Positions 20,524-31,442 of a stretch of DNA of 64,000 bases are shown piece after piece. Below the pieces are notes generated by a model. That model did no database searches. It had not been told where the DNA came from and saw only the letters and a list, made by a program, of their open reading frames with translations. Position numbers and translations under genes: made by a program. Position 1 is the first letter of the stretch, and each line of letters opens with the position of its first letter. The DNA comes from Bacilli bacterium (GTDB lineage: Bacteria; Bacillota_I; Bacilli_A; RFN20; CAG-826): NCBI GenBank assembly GCA_045628045.1, contig JAZQOV010000002.1, positions 64,001 through 128,000 on the forward strand, read 5' to 3'.

Positions 20524-21528
20524 ATGAACAAGAAAAATTCTAACTCATCTGAACTTGATTCTATCTTGGCCGAAATTGAAAAAAGTTTCGGTAAAGGTTC
20601 AATCATGAAGCTTGGAGAACGTCCTCAAGTCGATAAGGACGTGATTTCTTCAGGCAGCCTTCTAATTAACCAAGCTCTTGGAATAGGAGGCTACCCACGC
20701 GGACGTATAATTGAAATATACGGTCCTGAAAGTAGTGGTAAAACAACCTTAGCATTACATGCTATAGCAGAGGCTCAAAAAGCCGGTGGTAGAGCAGCTT
20801 TCGTTGATGCTGAACACTCAATTGATCCAGTTTATGCTAGAAATTTGGGTGTTGATATCGATGAACTTATTTTGTCTCAACCAGATTGTGGTGAGCAAGC
20901 TCTAGAAATCGTTGAAAAATTAGCATCTAGTGGAGCATTCGATATTATTGTCGTAGACTCTGTTGCTGCTTTAGTGCCTCAAGCTGAACTTGAAGGCGAA
21001 ATGGTAGATTCTACTGTTGGCTTACAAGCTAGACTCATGTCTAAAGCAATGCGTAAACTTGCAGGCGTCTTAAATATGCACAACTGCACAGTTATTTTCA
21101 TTAACCAATTACGTGATAAAGTCGGTGTTGTTTACGGAAATCCAGAAACGACTACTGGTGGTAAAGCACTTAAATTCTATGCAACTATTCGTATCGACAT
21201 TAGAAGAGTTGAAGCAATTGGCAGCGGAAACTCTATAACCGGAAATGTTGCAAAGATTAAAATTGTTAAAAACAAAGTTGCCCCTCCATTTAGGACATGT
21301 CAAGTTGACATTATTTATGGAAAAGGCATTTCAAAAAGTAGCGAATTGCTTGATCTTGGAACTCAATTTGAAATTTTCAAAAAATCAGGAAGCTGGTTTG
21401 AATATGAGGGTAATAGATTTGCTAATGGCAAAGAAGCAGGAAAACTTTATCTTGAAAGCCATCCAGAAATGATGGAAGAAATTGAAAAGAAAGTAACTGC
21501 TGCTTTAAATGATGCTTCTAAAGAATAG
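20524..21528 (+). CDS. recA: Recombinase RecA
   Basis: [43 protein letters not shown]. Confidence 0.98.
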   Translation: MNKKNSNSSELDSILAEIEKSFGKGSIMKLGERPQVDKDVISSGSLLINQALGIGGYPRGRIIEIYGPESSGKTTLALHAIAEAQKAGGRAAFVDAEHSIDPVYARNLGVDIDELILSQPDCGEQALEIVEKLASSGAFDIIVVDSVAALVPQAELEGEMVDSTVGLQARLMSKAMRKLAGVLNMHNCTVIFINQLRDKVGVVYGNPETTTGGKALKFYATIRIDIRRVEAIGSGNSITGNVAKIKIVKNKVAPPFRTCQVDIIYGKGISKSSELLDLGTQFEIFKKSGSWFEYEGNRFANGKEAGKLYLESHPEMMEEIEKKVTAALNDASKE

Positions 21529-21757
21529 CTTTTTCGAGACAAAATTAAGTTTTAGGTTTTATTTATAAACAAATTTTTATATAATGTAGTCGTGCCAGTT
21601 TGGTACGGCACTTATTACCATAAATTTAATTTTCGGTTCAAGAACCGTTTAAATAAAATATAAATCTACATTGTAGTTTTAAGGTAATAATCTCATTTAT
21701 TGGTTGATTATATTTTTAAATATAAATTGACCTCATTATATAGTTAGGAGTTTAAAA

Positions 21758-23335
21758 ATGAAAACATTCGCACTTGATGCAACAAGCTGGATTATTTTCA
21801 TCGTAGTAGCTTTAGTTGCTGGTCTTGCAATTGGTTTTGTACTTTGCAAGTTTTTACCATCAATGAGAGCTAAAGGTGCTTCTATGAAGGCCGACAAAAT
21901 CTTACACGATGCAGAAATCCGTGCTGAACAAATTAAGAAAAACGCTCAAATCGATGGAAAACAAATTGTCATCGAAATGAAACAAGAAGCAGAAAGAGAT
22001 ATTCGTGAAAGAAAGCAAGAATATGCAAATCTCGAAAACAAATTGAATCAACGTGAACAAAACATTGATCATAGAGATGCTAACTTAATGAATAAGGAAG
22101 CTGCTATTGAAGCTAAAAATGAACAACTTTCAAGACGTCTTAAAGAATGCGACAAAAAAGAAGTCGTCCTTCAAGAAAAAATTGACTCAATTATTGTTGA
22201 ACTTGAAAAGGTTGGACAACTTTCAGTCAAAGAAGCTAGAGACCAAATTTTTGAAAGAGTCGAAAGCAAAATGGCAACAGAAATTGCTGCATATATGAAA
22301 TCCAAAGAAGATGAAGCTAAGGCTGAATCTGAAGCTAAAGCCAAAGAATTACTTGGTATGGCAATTTCAAAATATGCTCAAGAAGAAGTTCAAGAAAGAA
22401 CCGTTTCTGTTGTGCCACTTCCAAGTGATGAAATGAAAGGTCGTATTATTGGCCGTGAAGGTCGTAATATTCGTACCATGGAACAATTACTTGGTGTTGA
22501 TTTAATCATTGATGATACACCAGAAGTTATCACTGTTTCGTGTTTCAATCCAATTAGAAGATACGTTGCTACTAAATCTTTAGATTTACTTATTAAAGAT
22601 GGTCGTATTCAACCAGGTAGAATTGAAGAAATCGTTGCCAAAGTCCAAAGTGAAGTTGACGCCGATATTCAAAAAGCTGGTGAAGAAGCCGCATTTAAGC
22701 TTGGCCTACCAAAGATTAATAAAGAATTAATCAACTATGTTGGTAGACTTAAATACCGTACTTCTTATGGTCAAAATGCTTTAACACATTCTATTGAAAC
22801 TGCTTATTTAGCAGGAATGATGGCAGCTGAACTTGGTTTAGATCAAAATTTAGCTAAACGTGCTGGTTTATTACACGATATTGGTAAAGCAGTTGACTTT
22901 GAACAAGATGGTAGCCACGTTGAACTTGGTGCTAGACTTGCAAAGAAATATGGCGAACCAGATGTCGTTATCAATTCTATTGAATCTCACCATGGTGATG
23001 TTGCACAAAACTGCATTATCGCTTACTTAGTTCAAGCTGCTGATACTTTATCAGCTGCAAGACCAGGTGCACGTAGTGAAACTCTTGAAAACTACATTAA
23101 ACGTATTGAACAACTTGAAACCATTTGTAAAGAGTTCGATGGTGTTTATCAATGCTATGCAATGCAATCAGGTCGTGAAGTTCGTGTAATGGTTATTCCA
23201 GATAAAGTTGACGATCTACAAGCATTTAAGATGGCTAAAGATATTCGTGAGAAGATTGAAACTGAAATGACCTATCCAGGACAAATTAAAGTTTCTGTTA
23301 TTCGTGAATATCGTGCTGTTGAAACAGCAAAATAA
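21758..23335 (+). CDS. rny: Ribonuclease Y
   Basis: N-terminal TM, coiled coil, KH (KGRIIGREGRNIR), HD (LLHDIGK), SAARPGAR, YPGQIKV. Confidence 0.97.
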   Translation: MKTFALDATSWIIFIVVALVAGLAIGFVLCKFLPSMRAKGASMKADKILHDAEIRAEQIKKNAQIDGKQIVIEMKQEAERDIRERKQEYANLENKLNQREQNIDHRDANLMNKEAAIEAKNEQLSRRLKECDKKEVVLQEKIDSIIVELEKVGQLSVKEARDQIFERVESKMATEIAAYMKSKEDEAKAESEAKAKELLGMAISKYAQEEVQERTVSVVPLPSDEMKGRIIGREGRNIRTMEQLLGVDLIIDDTPEVITVSCFNPIRRYVATKSLDLLIKDGRIQPGRIEEIVAKVQSEVDADIQKAGEEAAFKLGLPKINKELINYVGRLKYRTSYGQNALTHSIETAYLAGMMAAELGLDQNLAKRAGLLHDIGKAVDFEQDGSHVELGARLAKKYGEPDVVINSIESHHGDVAQNCIIAYLVQAADTLSAARPGARSETLENYIKRIEQLETICKEFDGVYQCYAMQSGREVRVMVIPDKVDDLQAFKMAKDIREKIETEMTYPGQIKVSVIREYRAVETAK

Positions 23336-23373
23336 TTTATTCACCGGGAAGACCCCGGATAGAAAGACATCCT

Positions 23374-24162
23374 ATGAAAGTTTTATTTTTAGGAGATATT
23401 GTCGGCAAAGTCGGCCGACGCGTTGTTGCAAAAAACTTAAAAAAACTTGTTGATAAATATCAAGTTGATTTTGTTATTGCTAATGGCGAGAACACAACAC
23501 ACGGAAAAGGCTTAATTGAGAAGCATTATTACGAGCTTTTAGATGTAGGTATTGATTGCATTACTTTAGGTAATCACTATTTGTCGAAAGATAATCTTTT
23601 AGATTATATAGAAGATGCAGATGCATTAATTAGGCCTTTAAACATATCGCAAAGAATCGGTGGAGAAGGTTCTAGAGTATTTGAAGTAAATGGAGTTAAA
23701 ATCCGTGTTACAAATCTTTTAGGAACGGCCTTTATGAAAGAGGAAGTTGCTTCTCCATACTACGCTTTAAAATCACTAGTTGATAATCTAACAGATGAAG
23801 ATTCAATCCACATTGTGGATTATCATGCTGAAGCAACTGGAGAAAAGATGTGCTTTGGTTATGCATTTGATGGCCTTGTAAGCGCAGTTTTAGGCACACA
23901 TACACATGTCCAAACAAATGACGCCAAAATATTAGAAGGTGGAACCGCATTTATTTCTGATATAGGAATGTGTGGTCAAGCCAATGGCGTCTTAGGATTT
24001 GAAAAAGAATCTGTTATGCGCGTTACAATGTTTGGTGAAAAAGGACGTTTTGGTTTTGATGATGAAGATCAAGGCCTTTTAAACGCAGTTGTTATTAATT
24101 TTGACGATTTAACACATAAAGCGTTAGAAATTATCCCAATCAAAATTTTAGAAGAAAAATAA
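23374..24162 (+). CDS. ymdB: YmdB-family metallophosphoesterase
   Basis: GDIVG, NGEN, TLGNH, DYHAEATGEK, GTHTHVQT. Confidence 0.92.
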   Translation: MKVLFLGDIVGKVGRRVVAKNLKKLVDKYQVDFVIANGENTTHGKGLIEKHYYELLDVGIDCITLGNHYLSKDNLLDYIEDADALIRPLNISQRIGGEGSRVFEVNGVKIRVTNLLGTAFMKEEVASPYYALKSLVDNLTDEDSIHIVDYHAEATGEKMCFGYAFDGLVSAVLGTHTHVQTNDAKILEGGTAFISDIGMCGQANGVLGFEKESVMRVTMFGEKGRFGFDDEDQGLLNAVVINFDDLTHKALEIIPIKILEEK

Positions 24163-24163
24163 G

Positions 24164-25606
24164 ATGGCAAAGAAGTGTATTTATAGTTCGTTACCTGATT
24201 CAGAAATTGAAAGAAGAAGAAACCTTTCTTTTGATTTTAAGTACCCAAATTTTGATGTTCCAACAAGACTTAAAGAGTATGCAAAAGGCAGAAAATTTTA
24301 TATTTACACTTATGGTTGCCAAGCTAATCACCGTGACCAAGAAGTCATGGCAGGTTTACTAAAAAAAGCCGGGTTTTCCCAGTGTTTTTCTGAAAAAGAT
24401 AGTGATTTAATCATACTTAATACTTGTGCGGTTAGAGAAAACGCAGAGCAAAAAGTATACGGAAAAATTGGTGATTTAATACATCTCAAAAAACAGAAAG
24501 AAGATCTCCTCATTGCTGTTTGTGGATGCATGGTTCAACAAAAACACATCATTGAATTTTTGGTTGATAAATTTAAACATGTCGACCTAATTTTTGGAAC
24601 TCATAATATTACTTCACTTTTAGACATGCTAAATGAAGTTATTACAAAGAGAATAAGATTAGTTGATGTCAAATCTGTCCCTGGAGATATTGTTGAAAAT
24701 TTACCAAGCGTCAGAGAATCTAAATTTAAAGCTTTTGTTAACATATCTTATGGTTGTGATAAGTTCTGTACTTATTGCATTGTTCCTTATACAAGAGGTA
24801 AAGAACGTTCGAGAAAGATGGAAGACATTTTGAACGAAGTTCAAGAACTTAAAGATAATAACTATCAAGAAGTTACTTTACTTGGTCAAAACGTTAATGC
24901 CTATGGCAAAGATTTAAAAGATGGTTCCACATTCGCAAAACTTCTCGAAGAAGTTGCCAAAGTTGGAATTCCTCGCGTTAGATTTTTAACATCTCATCCT
25001 TGGGATTTTTCAAGCGATATGATTGATGTTATTGCAAAGTATGACAACATAATGAAATACATCCATTTACCAGTGCAATCTGGCTCAAATGAAATCCTTA
25101 GATTAATGGGGCGTCGTTACACTAGAGAAAATTACATAGCTTTAGCTAATGAAATTAAAACTAAGATTCCTGATGTTGCTTTAACAACAGATATTATCGT
25201 TGGTTTCCCTAATGAAACCTATGAGCAATTTAAAGAAACGGTTTCACTTTGTGAAGAAATTCACTATGACTCAGCATTTACATTTATTTATTCGCCAAGA
25301 AATAACACTCCTGCGGCGAAAATCGTTGATAATGTAACTCCGAAAGAGAAAAATGAACGTTTTAAAGAACTCGTTAAAGCTTTAGAAAAGGATATTGAGA
25401 AATATTCTATCGACATGGTAGGTAGAACCTATGATGTTCTAGTTGATGGTGTGTCAGAAAAGAATCCTGACATGCTTTCGGGCTACACAGAAAAAAATAA
25501 ATTAGTTCACTTTAAGGGAGACATTTCTTTAGTGGGCAAAATTGTTAAAGTTAAGATCTTAGAATCTCATACTTATTCAATGCTTGGAGAACTGGTGAAT
25601 GAATAA
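24164..25606 (+). CDS. miaB: tRNA-2-methylthio-N6-dimethylallyladenosine synthase MiaB
   Basis: TYGCQAN, NTCAVRE, radical SAM CDKFCTYC, TRAM domain. Confidence 0.95.
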   Translation: MAKKCIYSSLPDSEIERRRNLSFDFKYPNFDVPTRLKEYAKGRKFYIYTYGCQANHRDQEVMAGLLKKAGFSQCFSEKDSDLIILNTCAVRENAEQKVYGKIGDLIHLKKQKEDLLIAVCGCMVQQKHIIEFLVDKFKHVDLIFGTHNITSLLDMLNEVITKRIRLVDVKSVPGDIVENLPSVRESKFKAFVNISYGCDKFCTYCIVPYTRGKERSRKMEDILNEVQELKDNNYQEVTLLGQNVNAYGKDLKDGSTFAKLLEEVAKVGIPRVRFLTSHPWDFSSDMIDVIAKYDNIMKYIHLPVQSGSNEILRLMGRRYTRENYIALANEIKTKIPDVALTTDIIVGFPNETYEQFKETVSLCEEIHYDSAFTFIYSPRNNTPAAKIVDNVTPKEKNERFKELVKALEKDIEKYSIDMVGRTYDVLVDGVSEKNPDMLSGYTEKNKLVHFKGDISLVGKIVKVKILESHTYSMLGELVNE

Positions 25607-25910
25607 GTTTGAAGAAGCTTTAGAAACTGTAAAAAATGAACTCTTTAACGAAAAATGTGTTAAAGAGTATTTTTATTATAAAAATATAGTGGAGAATGAT
25701 GCCACAATTATTGAGCTTGATAAACAGGCAAAATTTCATCAAAAAGAAATGTGCAAAAACAAAGATAATGAAGAAAAATATTTATCTGAAAAAGCACTTT
25801 ATGAGAAGCACCAAAAAGAGCTCGATAACAATCCAATTTTGAATAATTACAAAATTGCAAAAGACGAAGTATTTTCACTTTTAGTAGATATTAAACATAT
25901 CCTTGGGTAA
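25599..25910 (+). CDS. YlbF/YmcA (RicA-like) family protein
   Basis: Small helical protein directly after miaB (the ymcA position in Bacilli); NPILNNY motif. Confidence 0.6.
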   Translation: MNKFEEALETVKNELFNEKCVKEYFYYKNIVENDATIIELDKQAKFHQKEMCKNKDNEEKYLSEKALYEKHQKELDNNPILNNYKIAKDEVFSLLVDIKHILG

Positions 25911-25919
25911 AATAATCTT

Positions 25920-26789
25920 ATGATTATTGTTATCACAGGACCCACATGTATGGGGAAATCAGAAACAGCTTTGGAAGTTGCCAAAGTTTTTAATGCTGAG
26001 ATTATAAACGGTGATGCATTTCAATCTTTCAAAGAAATGGAAATTGGAGTAGCGAAACCTCCGAAAGAATATTTTGAAGAAGTTCCGCATCATTTATTTT
26101 CTTGTGTTAACGTAGATGAAGAATATTCAATCGCCGATTATCAAATAAAACTTAGAAACGCTATTAACGAAGTTCTTTCCAAAGGAAAAAACGTAGTTAT
26201 TGTCGGTGGTTCTGGTCTATACATTAGAGCTGCTTTATATGATTATGTGTTCTCAGAACAAGCAAAAATCGATTTATCAAAGTATGAAAAATTATCAAAT
26301 GAAGAACTTCATAAGGAACTAGAAAAAATTGATCCTGAACAAGCAAAAATTATTCACGAGAACAATAGAAAACGTGTTTTGCGCGCAATAGAAATTTATT
26401 TAACTCAAGGCAAAACCAAGTCTGAAATAATCAATTCCCAAGAACATAAACTAGTTTATGATGCAAAATTTTTTGTGCGCGATATGGATCGAGAAGAACT
26501 TTATAAGCTCATTGATCTAAGAGTTGATGAAATGGTTAAAAATGGTCTTGTAAAAGAAGTTGAAACTTTAGTTAAAAAATATGGTGAAAATTTAAAGTCT
26601 CTTCAAGCCATTGGATATAAAGAAATTATTCCTGCTTTGAAAGGTGAATATTCATTAGAAAAAGCGATCGAACTTGTTAAGCAAAATTCAAGGAATTATG
26701 CCAAACGCCAAGTTACATTTATTAAGCATCAGTTCCCTGTTACATATTACAAAAATACCAAGGATTTACTGGAGATTTTACGAAAATGA
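25920..26789 (+). CDS. miaA: tRNA dimethylallyltransferase
   Basis: GPTCMGKS, IGVAKP, VGGSGLY, QAIGYKE, RNYAKRQ. Confidence 0.95.
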   Translation: MIIVITGPTCMGKSETALEVAKVFNAEIINGDAFQSFKEMEIGVAKPPKEYFEEVPHHLFSCVNVDEEYSIADYQIKLRNAINEVLSKGKNVVIVGGSGLYIRAALYDYVFSEQAKIDLSKYEKLSNEELHKELEKIDPEQAKIIHENNRKRVLRAIEIYLTQGKTKSEIINSQEHKLVYDAKFFVRDMDREELYKLIDLRVDEMVKNGLVKEVETLVKKYGENLKSLQAIGYKEIIPALKGEYSLEKAIELVKQNSRNYAKRQVTFIKHQFPVTYYKNTKDLLEILRK

Positions 26790-27466
26790 CTGACTTTTTA
26801 GAAAGATCAAAACAACTTTTAGGTGAAGAAAAAATTAATTCTTTTGCCACAAAAACAATTCTTGTAATTGGCATTGGTGGAGTTGGTGGAACAGCCTTAG
26901 AATCTTTGGTTAGATCAGGCTTTAAAAAGTTTATCATTGTTGACTCTGATACCGTTGATATTTCGAACCTAAATAGGCAAATTTTATTTAGTTTATCTGA
27001 CGTTGGAAAAGATAAAGTTTTATGTGCCAAAGAACACTTATTAAAAATCAATCCAGATCTAGAAATAAAAACAATTAAAACTATGATCGGAAATGAGCCA
27101 ATCGAAAAACTTATCAAAGATAAAGTAGATTTTATTGTTGATGCAATTGACTATGTTCCAGGAAAACTTGAAATTTATGAATATGCATTAAAAAACAATA
27201 TTGGTTTTATTTCTTCATTAGGAATGGGCAATAGAATTGATCCTGAAAAAGTATTTGTTACAAATTTAAATAAAACAGAAAATGATCCCCTCGCTAAGAA
27301 AATTAGATATGAAGCAAGACAAAGGGGAATTGATATAAAAAAGGTTCCTGTTGTCTTCTCAAAAGAAGAACCATTATTAAAAAGTCCTAAACCAACTTCA
27401 ATGATTATGGTTCCTTCTACGGCAGGATTAATTATTACAAAATATGTTTTAAACACTATTAAATAG
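26786..27466 (+). CDS. tcdA: ThiF-family tRNA threonylcarbamoyladenosine dehydratase
   Basis: GIGGVG, D.VDISNLNRQ, VDAID, SSLGMG, DPLAK, VVFSKE. Confidence 0.85.
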   Translation: MTDFLERSKQLLGEEKINSFATKTILVIGIGGVGGTALESLVRSGFKKFIIVDSDTVDISNLNRQILFSLSDVGKDKVLCAKEHLLKINPDLEIKTIKTMIGNEPIEKLIKDKVDFIVDAIDYVPGKLEIYEYALKNNIGFISSLGMGNRIDPEKVFVTNLNKTENDPLAKKIRYEARQRGIDIKKVPVVFSKEEPLLKSPKPTSMIMVPSTAGLIITKYVLNTIK

Positions 27467-27495
27467 TGATACAATTATATTGTGAGGTTATTATT

Positions 27496-29103
27496 ATGAT
27501 GAAATTAATTACAGAAGTCGCAAAAACAGCTAAGATCGATGACAAGTACATTGACATGTATGGCAAATACAAAGCAAAGATTGATTTGTCCATTATGGAT
27601 GAACTTAAAAACAAGAAAGACGGAAAACTTGTTTTAGTCACAGCTATTACTCCAACCAAAACCGGTGAAGGAAAGACAACTATGTCAATCGCATTAGCCG
27701 AAGGTTTTGCTAAGGTTGGTACTAATTGTATGCTCGCTTTAAGAGAGCCTTCTCTTGGGCCTGTTTTTGGCCTTAAAGGCGGTGCTACTGGTGGTGGACT
27801 TGCTTCAATTCAACCAAAAGACGATATTAATCTTCATTTTACTGGAGATATGCATGCTTTAACTTCTTCAATTAATTTAATTGCTGCCGTTATTGATAAC
27901 CACATTTTCCAAGGAAATGAATTAAACATTGATCCTTCAAAGATTGTTTGGACCCGTGCTCTTGATATGAATGATAGAGCTCTTAGAAGCGTTACTGTCA
28001 TGCAAGATGAAAAGAAGGGCCAACCAAGACATGAACAATTTGTTATTACAGTTGCTTCAGAAATGATGGCAATTATGTGTCTTGCAAAAGATCCTGAAGA
28101 CTTTAGAAATAGAGTTAACAACATAGTTGTCGCTTATACATTTGATGGAAAACCTGTTTATTTAAAACAACTTCGTATTTCAAATGCAATTATGAAGTTG
28201 ATGAGAGAGGCTTTAAAACCAAATCTTGTTCAAACTGAAGAAAATAATCCTACTTTAGTACATGGTGGACCATTTGCTAATATTGCTCATGGCTGTAACT
28301 CAGTTATCGCAATGAAAATGGCTCTTAAACTTGGCGACGTAGTCGTTACAGAGGCAGGCTTCGGCGCTGATCTTGGTGCTGAAAAATTCTTAGATATTTG
28401 CTGCCCAACTGGCGGATTTACTCCTAGTGGAGTTGTAATGGTCGCAACAATACGTGCTCTAAAAGAGCATGGTGGTGTTCCATTTGAAGATTTAAAGACT
28501 CCAAATGTTGAAGCCTTAAAGAAAGGCGTTGGAAACCTTAAATTACATTTAGAGAACATTCAAAAGTACGGTTTACCAGTCGTTGTTGCAATTAATCACT
28601 TTGCTGATGACTCACAAGAAGAAATTGAATGGCTTACTGCATGGTGCAAAGAAAATGGATATTTTGTTTCCTTTGTCGATGGTTTCGCCAAAGGTGGAGA
28701 AGGTTCTATTGATTTGGCAAATAAAGTTAACGAAATGCTTGCAACTAAACCTTCAAAATATCACAAACTTTATGACTATAATCTTTCCATTAAAGAAAAG
28801 ATTGAAACAGTCTGTAAAGAAATCTATAGAGCAGGTGCTGTTGAATTTAGTGAAAAAGCACTTGAACAGATTGCTACATTTGAGAAATTTGGCTATGCCA
28901 AAACACCAGTTTGTATGGCAAAGACACCATTATCAATTACTGAAGATCCAAAAGTTTATGGTGCTCCAACCGGTCACACAGTTCACATTCGTGAAATTAG
29001 ACTTTCTGCAGGTGCAAATTTCATCGTCGCACTTACTGGAGCAGTTATGACAATGCCAGGACTTCCAAAAGTTCCAGCTGCTGTCAAAATGGAAGACGAA
29101 TAA
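27496..29103 (+). CDS. fhs: Formate--tetrahydrofolate ligase
   Basis: TPTKTGEGKTT, GLKGGATGGG, HGGPFANIAHG, EAGFGADLGAEKF, MTMPGLP. Confidence 0.96.
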   Translation: MMKLITEVAKTAKIDDKYIDMYGKYKAKIDLSIMDELKNKKDGKLVLVTAITPTKTGEGKTTMSIALAEGFAKVGTNCMLALREPSLGPVFGLKGGATGGGLASIQPKDDINLHFTGDMHALTSSINLIAAVIDNHIFQGNELNIDPSKIVWTRALDMNDRALRSVTVMQDEKKGQPRHEQFVITVASEMMAIMCLAKDPEDFRNRVNNIVVAYTFDGKPVYLKQLRISNAIMKLMREALKPNLVQTEENNPTLVHGGPFANIAHGCNSVIAMKMALKLGDVVVTEAGFGADLGAEKFLDICCPTGGFTPSGVVMVATIRALKEHGGVPFEDLKTPNVEALKKGVGNLKLHLENIQKYGLPVVVAINHFADDSQEEIEWLTAWCKENGYFVSFVDGFAKGGEGSIDLANKVNEMLATKPSKYHKLYDYNLSIKEKIETVCKEIYRAGAVEFSEKALEQIATFEKFGYAKTPVCMAKTPLSITEDPKVYGAPTGHTVHIREIRLSAGANFIVALTGAVMTMPGLPKVPAAVKMEDE

Positions 29104-29300
29104 TGAAGGACTTAAATTATCAATTAGGTGATATTGTTGAATTAAAGAAGCCTCATCCATGTTCAACGCACTCTACAAAATTTAAAATTGTTAGAGTTGG
29201 CGCTGACCTTAAAATTGAGTGTCTTGGATGTGGTAATGTTTTGCTCATTAGTAGAGACAACTTTAATAAAAGGCTAAAAAGAGTTATCAAAGATAACTAA
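29103..29300 (+). CDS. DUF951 family protein
   Basis: GDIVELKKPHPC...RVGADLKIECLGCG. Confidence 0.85.
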   Translation: MKDLNYQLGDIVELKKPHPCSTHSTKFKIVRVGADLKIECLGCGNVLLISRDNFNKRLKRVIKDN

Positions 29301-29351
29301 AAAATAAATTAACACAAAACTGACAAAAATACATATCTAGTATATGAGAGT

Positions 29352-31442
29352 ATGTCAGTTTTTATTTTAGAAAAAGTCTCAAAATCATTTAAAGTCGACA
29401 AGGGAAATGTCGAGGTTTTAAAAGACATCAGTTTAAGTTTCCCAGACAAAGGTCTTGTTTCAATTGTCGGCAAATCTGGATCAGGAAAATCAACGCTCCT
29501 TAACCTCCTTATAGGTATTGAAAAACCTACAAAAGGAAAAATATTCTATAAAAAACACGACATAAGTAAGTTTAATGATAGGAAATTTTCATCATACCAT
29601 CTGAATGAAGTCTCGTTAGTATTTCAACACTACAATTTGTTTGAAAATTTAAGTGCATATGAAAATGTAATTTTGCCTTTAAAAATGAAAAATGCAAAAA
29701 AGCGAAAATTCAAGAGTAAAATACATCAAATTTTTAAAGATTTAAATATCGAAAATTTATCAAAAAGAAAGGTTTCAAAATTATCGGGAGGAGAAAAACA
29801 AAGAGTCGCTATTGCAAGAGCTTTAGCTACAGAGCCAAGTGTCATTCTTTGTGATGAACCAACCGGTGCATTAGATTCTCAAAATGGTGAGGAAATAATG
29901 CGGATTTTAAAGGAAAAATCCCAGAAAATCCTTATTATTTTGGTTTCGCATAATTTAGAATTGGTTCAAAAATATTCTGACAAAATTGTTGAAATTAGAG
30001 ATGGAAAAATAGTGAATGATAAATCAATTTTTGTATATGATTCATTAGCTAAAAAAGAAAGGCTTAAAAGAAGATATTCAAGTGCTTGGAACCTATCTTT
30101 TTTATTTAGGAATTTGAGGAAGAATTTTATTAAAAATTTCTTTAGCTTTTTATCGTGCCTTCTAGGATTTTCTTCAATGTTTTTATGCGTTGGTTTTTCT
30201 GTTGGTTCCGAAATCTCCCAAAACGAGGCACTAATGAAGAATCTTTCTATCACTTATTCAACAATTTCTGCAGTAGAAACAGTTGATCTACAAGACTCAC
30301 CTTTAACGTATCAAAAAACAATACGGCCAGAGCTGTTCCAGGTAGATGAAGCTCTTAATGATGTTGAAGGATACAAAGTAGGAGAAAATCTTGCTTACCT
30401 TCTATCTAGTTCTCCATCATGCTCTTTTGAAGATGAAATTCAAAATGAATTTCAAATGATTCCACTTTATGATTTATCATTAAAAAATTTTGGAGTAGAT
30501 TTACTTATTTCCGGAAAGACTGGAAAGAATAATTTTGATGAGGTCATTGTTAATCAAGAATTTTTAGATATGTTTTCTAACTTAAAAGTAAATGATGAGT
30601 TCATTCTTAAGAATTCAACAACTGTTATTTATAACACATATAACGAAAATGATCCTTTTATCAAAGACCAATTGATAATTGAAAAACCCATGAAGATTGT
30701 TGGTGTTGTTAAGGAATTCCCTTTCCTAAACAGCCCAAAAGTTTACTATTCATATCTTGGGGCAAGAGACTATTTAAAAGCTCAGATGATGGAGAATCTT
30801 TCTTTCTTTTTAGGAAGGAGAATTTCTTTTTATGAGTATTTAGAAAATGCGAAGAATGATAATGAGGTGACATCATATTCATTAGTGCTTTTTATGGATG
30901 ATGTATCACAAAGTGATAAGTTCTTTCAAAGAATTGAAGAATTAAAAGGAACAAACATAGAAATTACTTCTAGCGCTTTGGAAGTTAAGAACACTTATAA
31001 GATGTTTGTATCATCATTTTCGAAAACGCTAATCATTTTTGTTGCGATAGCGTTTATTGGTATTAATTTAATTTTGGGAATGATTTCACTATCAACTTTT
31101 ATTGAGAATAAGAAAAATACCGCGATACTCACCTGCTTAGGGAGCAGAAATTCTTCGATTTACAAGATTTATCTTATTGAGAATTATATTTTGATTGGAA
31201 TCTCATTTATTTCTTCTTTATTTTTATCTAAATATCTTCAATCAATTTTAAACCCTCTTATTTCCACTAAATTTGCTTTATCAAATCTTATCCAAATTCC
31301 ATTCGAAAACTTCTTAGGAATTAACTACGGGTTAATCATAATTTTATCTATTATTTCAGTTATTTTTTCAACTATATTTTCTTTGACACCGATGATGATT
31401 TATAGACATGGTTTTATTGCTGATGAATTGAGGGATGAATGA
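29352..31442 (+). CDS. ABC transporter ATPase-permease fusion (MacB/FtsX-like)
   Basis: GKSGSGKST, LSGGEKQRVAIARAL, CDEPTGALD; TM, large extracellular loop, C-terminal FtsX-like TMs. Confidence 0.85.
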   Translation: MSVFILEKVSKSFKVDKGNVEVLKDISLSFPDKGLVSIVGKSGSGKSTLLNLLIGIEKPTKGKIFYKKHDISKFNDRKFSSYHLNEVSLVFQHYNLFENLSAYENVILPLKMKNAKKRKFKSKIHQIFKDLNIENLSKRKVSKLSGGEKQRVAIARALATEPSVILCDEPTGALDSQNGEEIMRILKEKSQKILIILVSHNLELVQKYSDKIVEIRDGKIVNDKSIFVYDSLAKKERLKRRYSSAWNLSFLFRNLRKNFIKNFFSFLSCLLGFSSMFLCVGFSVGSEISQNEALMKNLSITYSTISAVETVDLQDSPLTYQKTIRPELFQVDEALNDVEGYKVGENLAYLLSSSPSCSFEDEIQNEFQMIPLYDLSLKNFGVDLLISGKTGKNNFDEVIVNQEFLDMFSNLKVNDEFILKNSTTVIYNTYNENDPFIKDQLIIEKPMKIVGVVKEFPFLNSPKVYYSYLGARDYLKAQMMENLSFFLGRRISFYEYLENAKNDNEVTSYSLVLFMDDVSQSDKFFQRIEELKGTNIEITSSALEVKNTYKMFVSSFSKTLIIFVAIAFIGINLILGMISLSTFIENKKNTAILTCLGSRNSSIYKIYLIENYILIGISFISSLFLSKYLQSILNPLISTKFALSNLIQIPFENFLGINYGLIIILSIISVIFSTIFSLTPMMIYRHGFIADELRDE

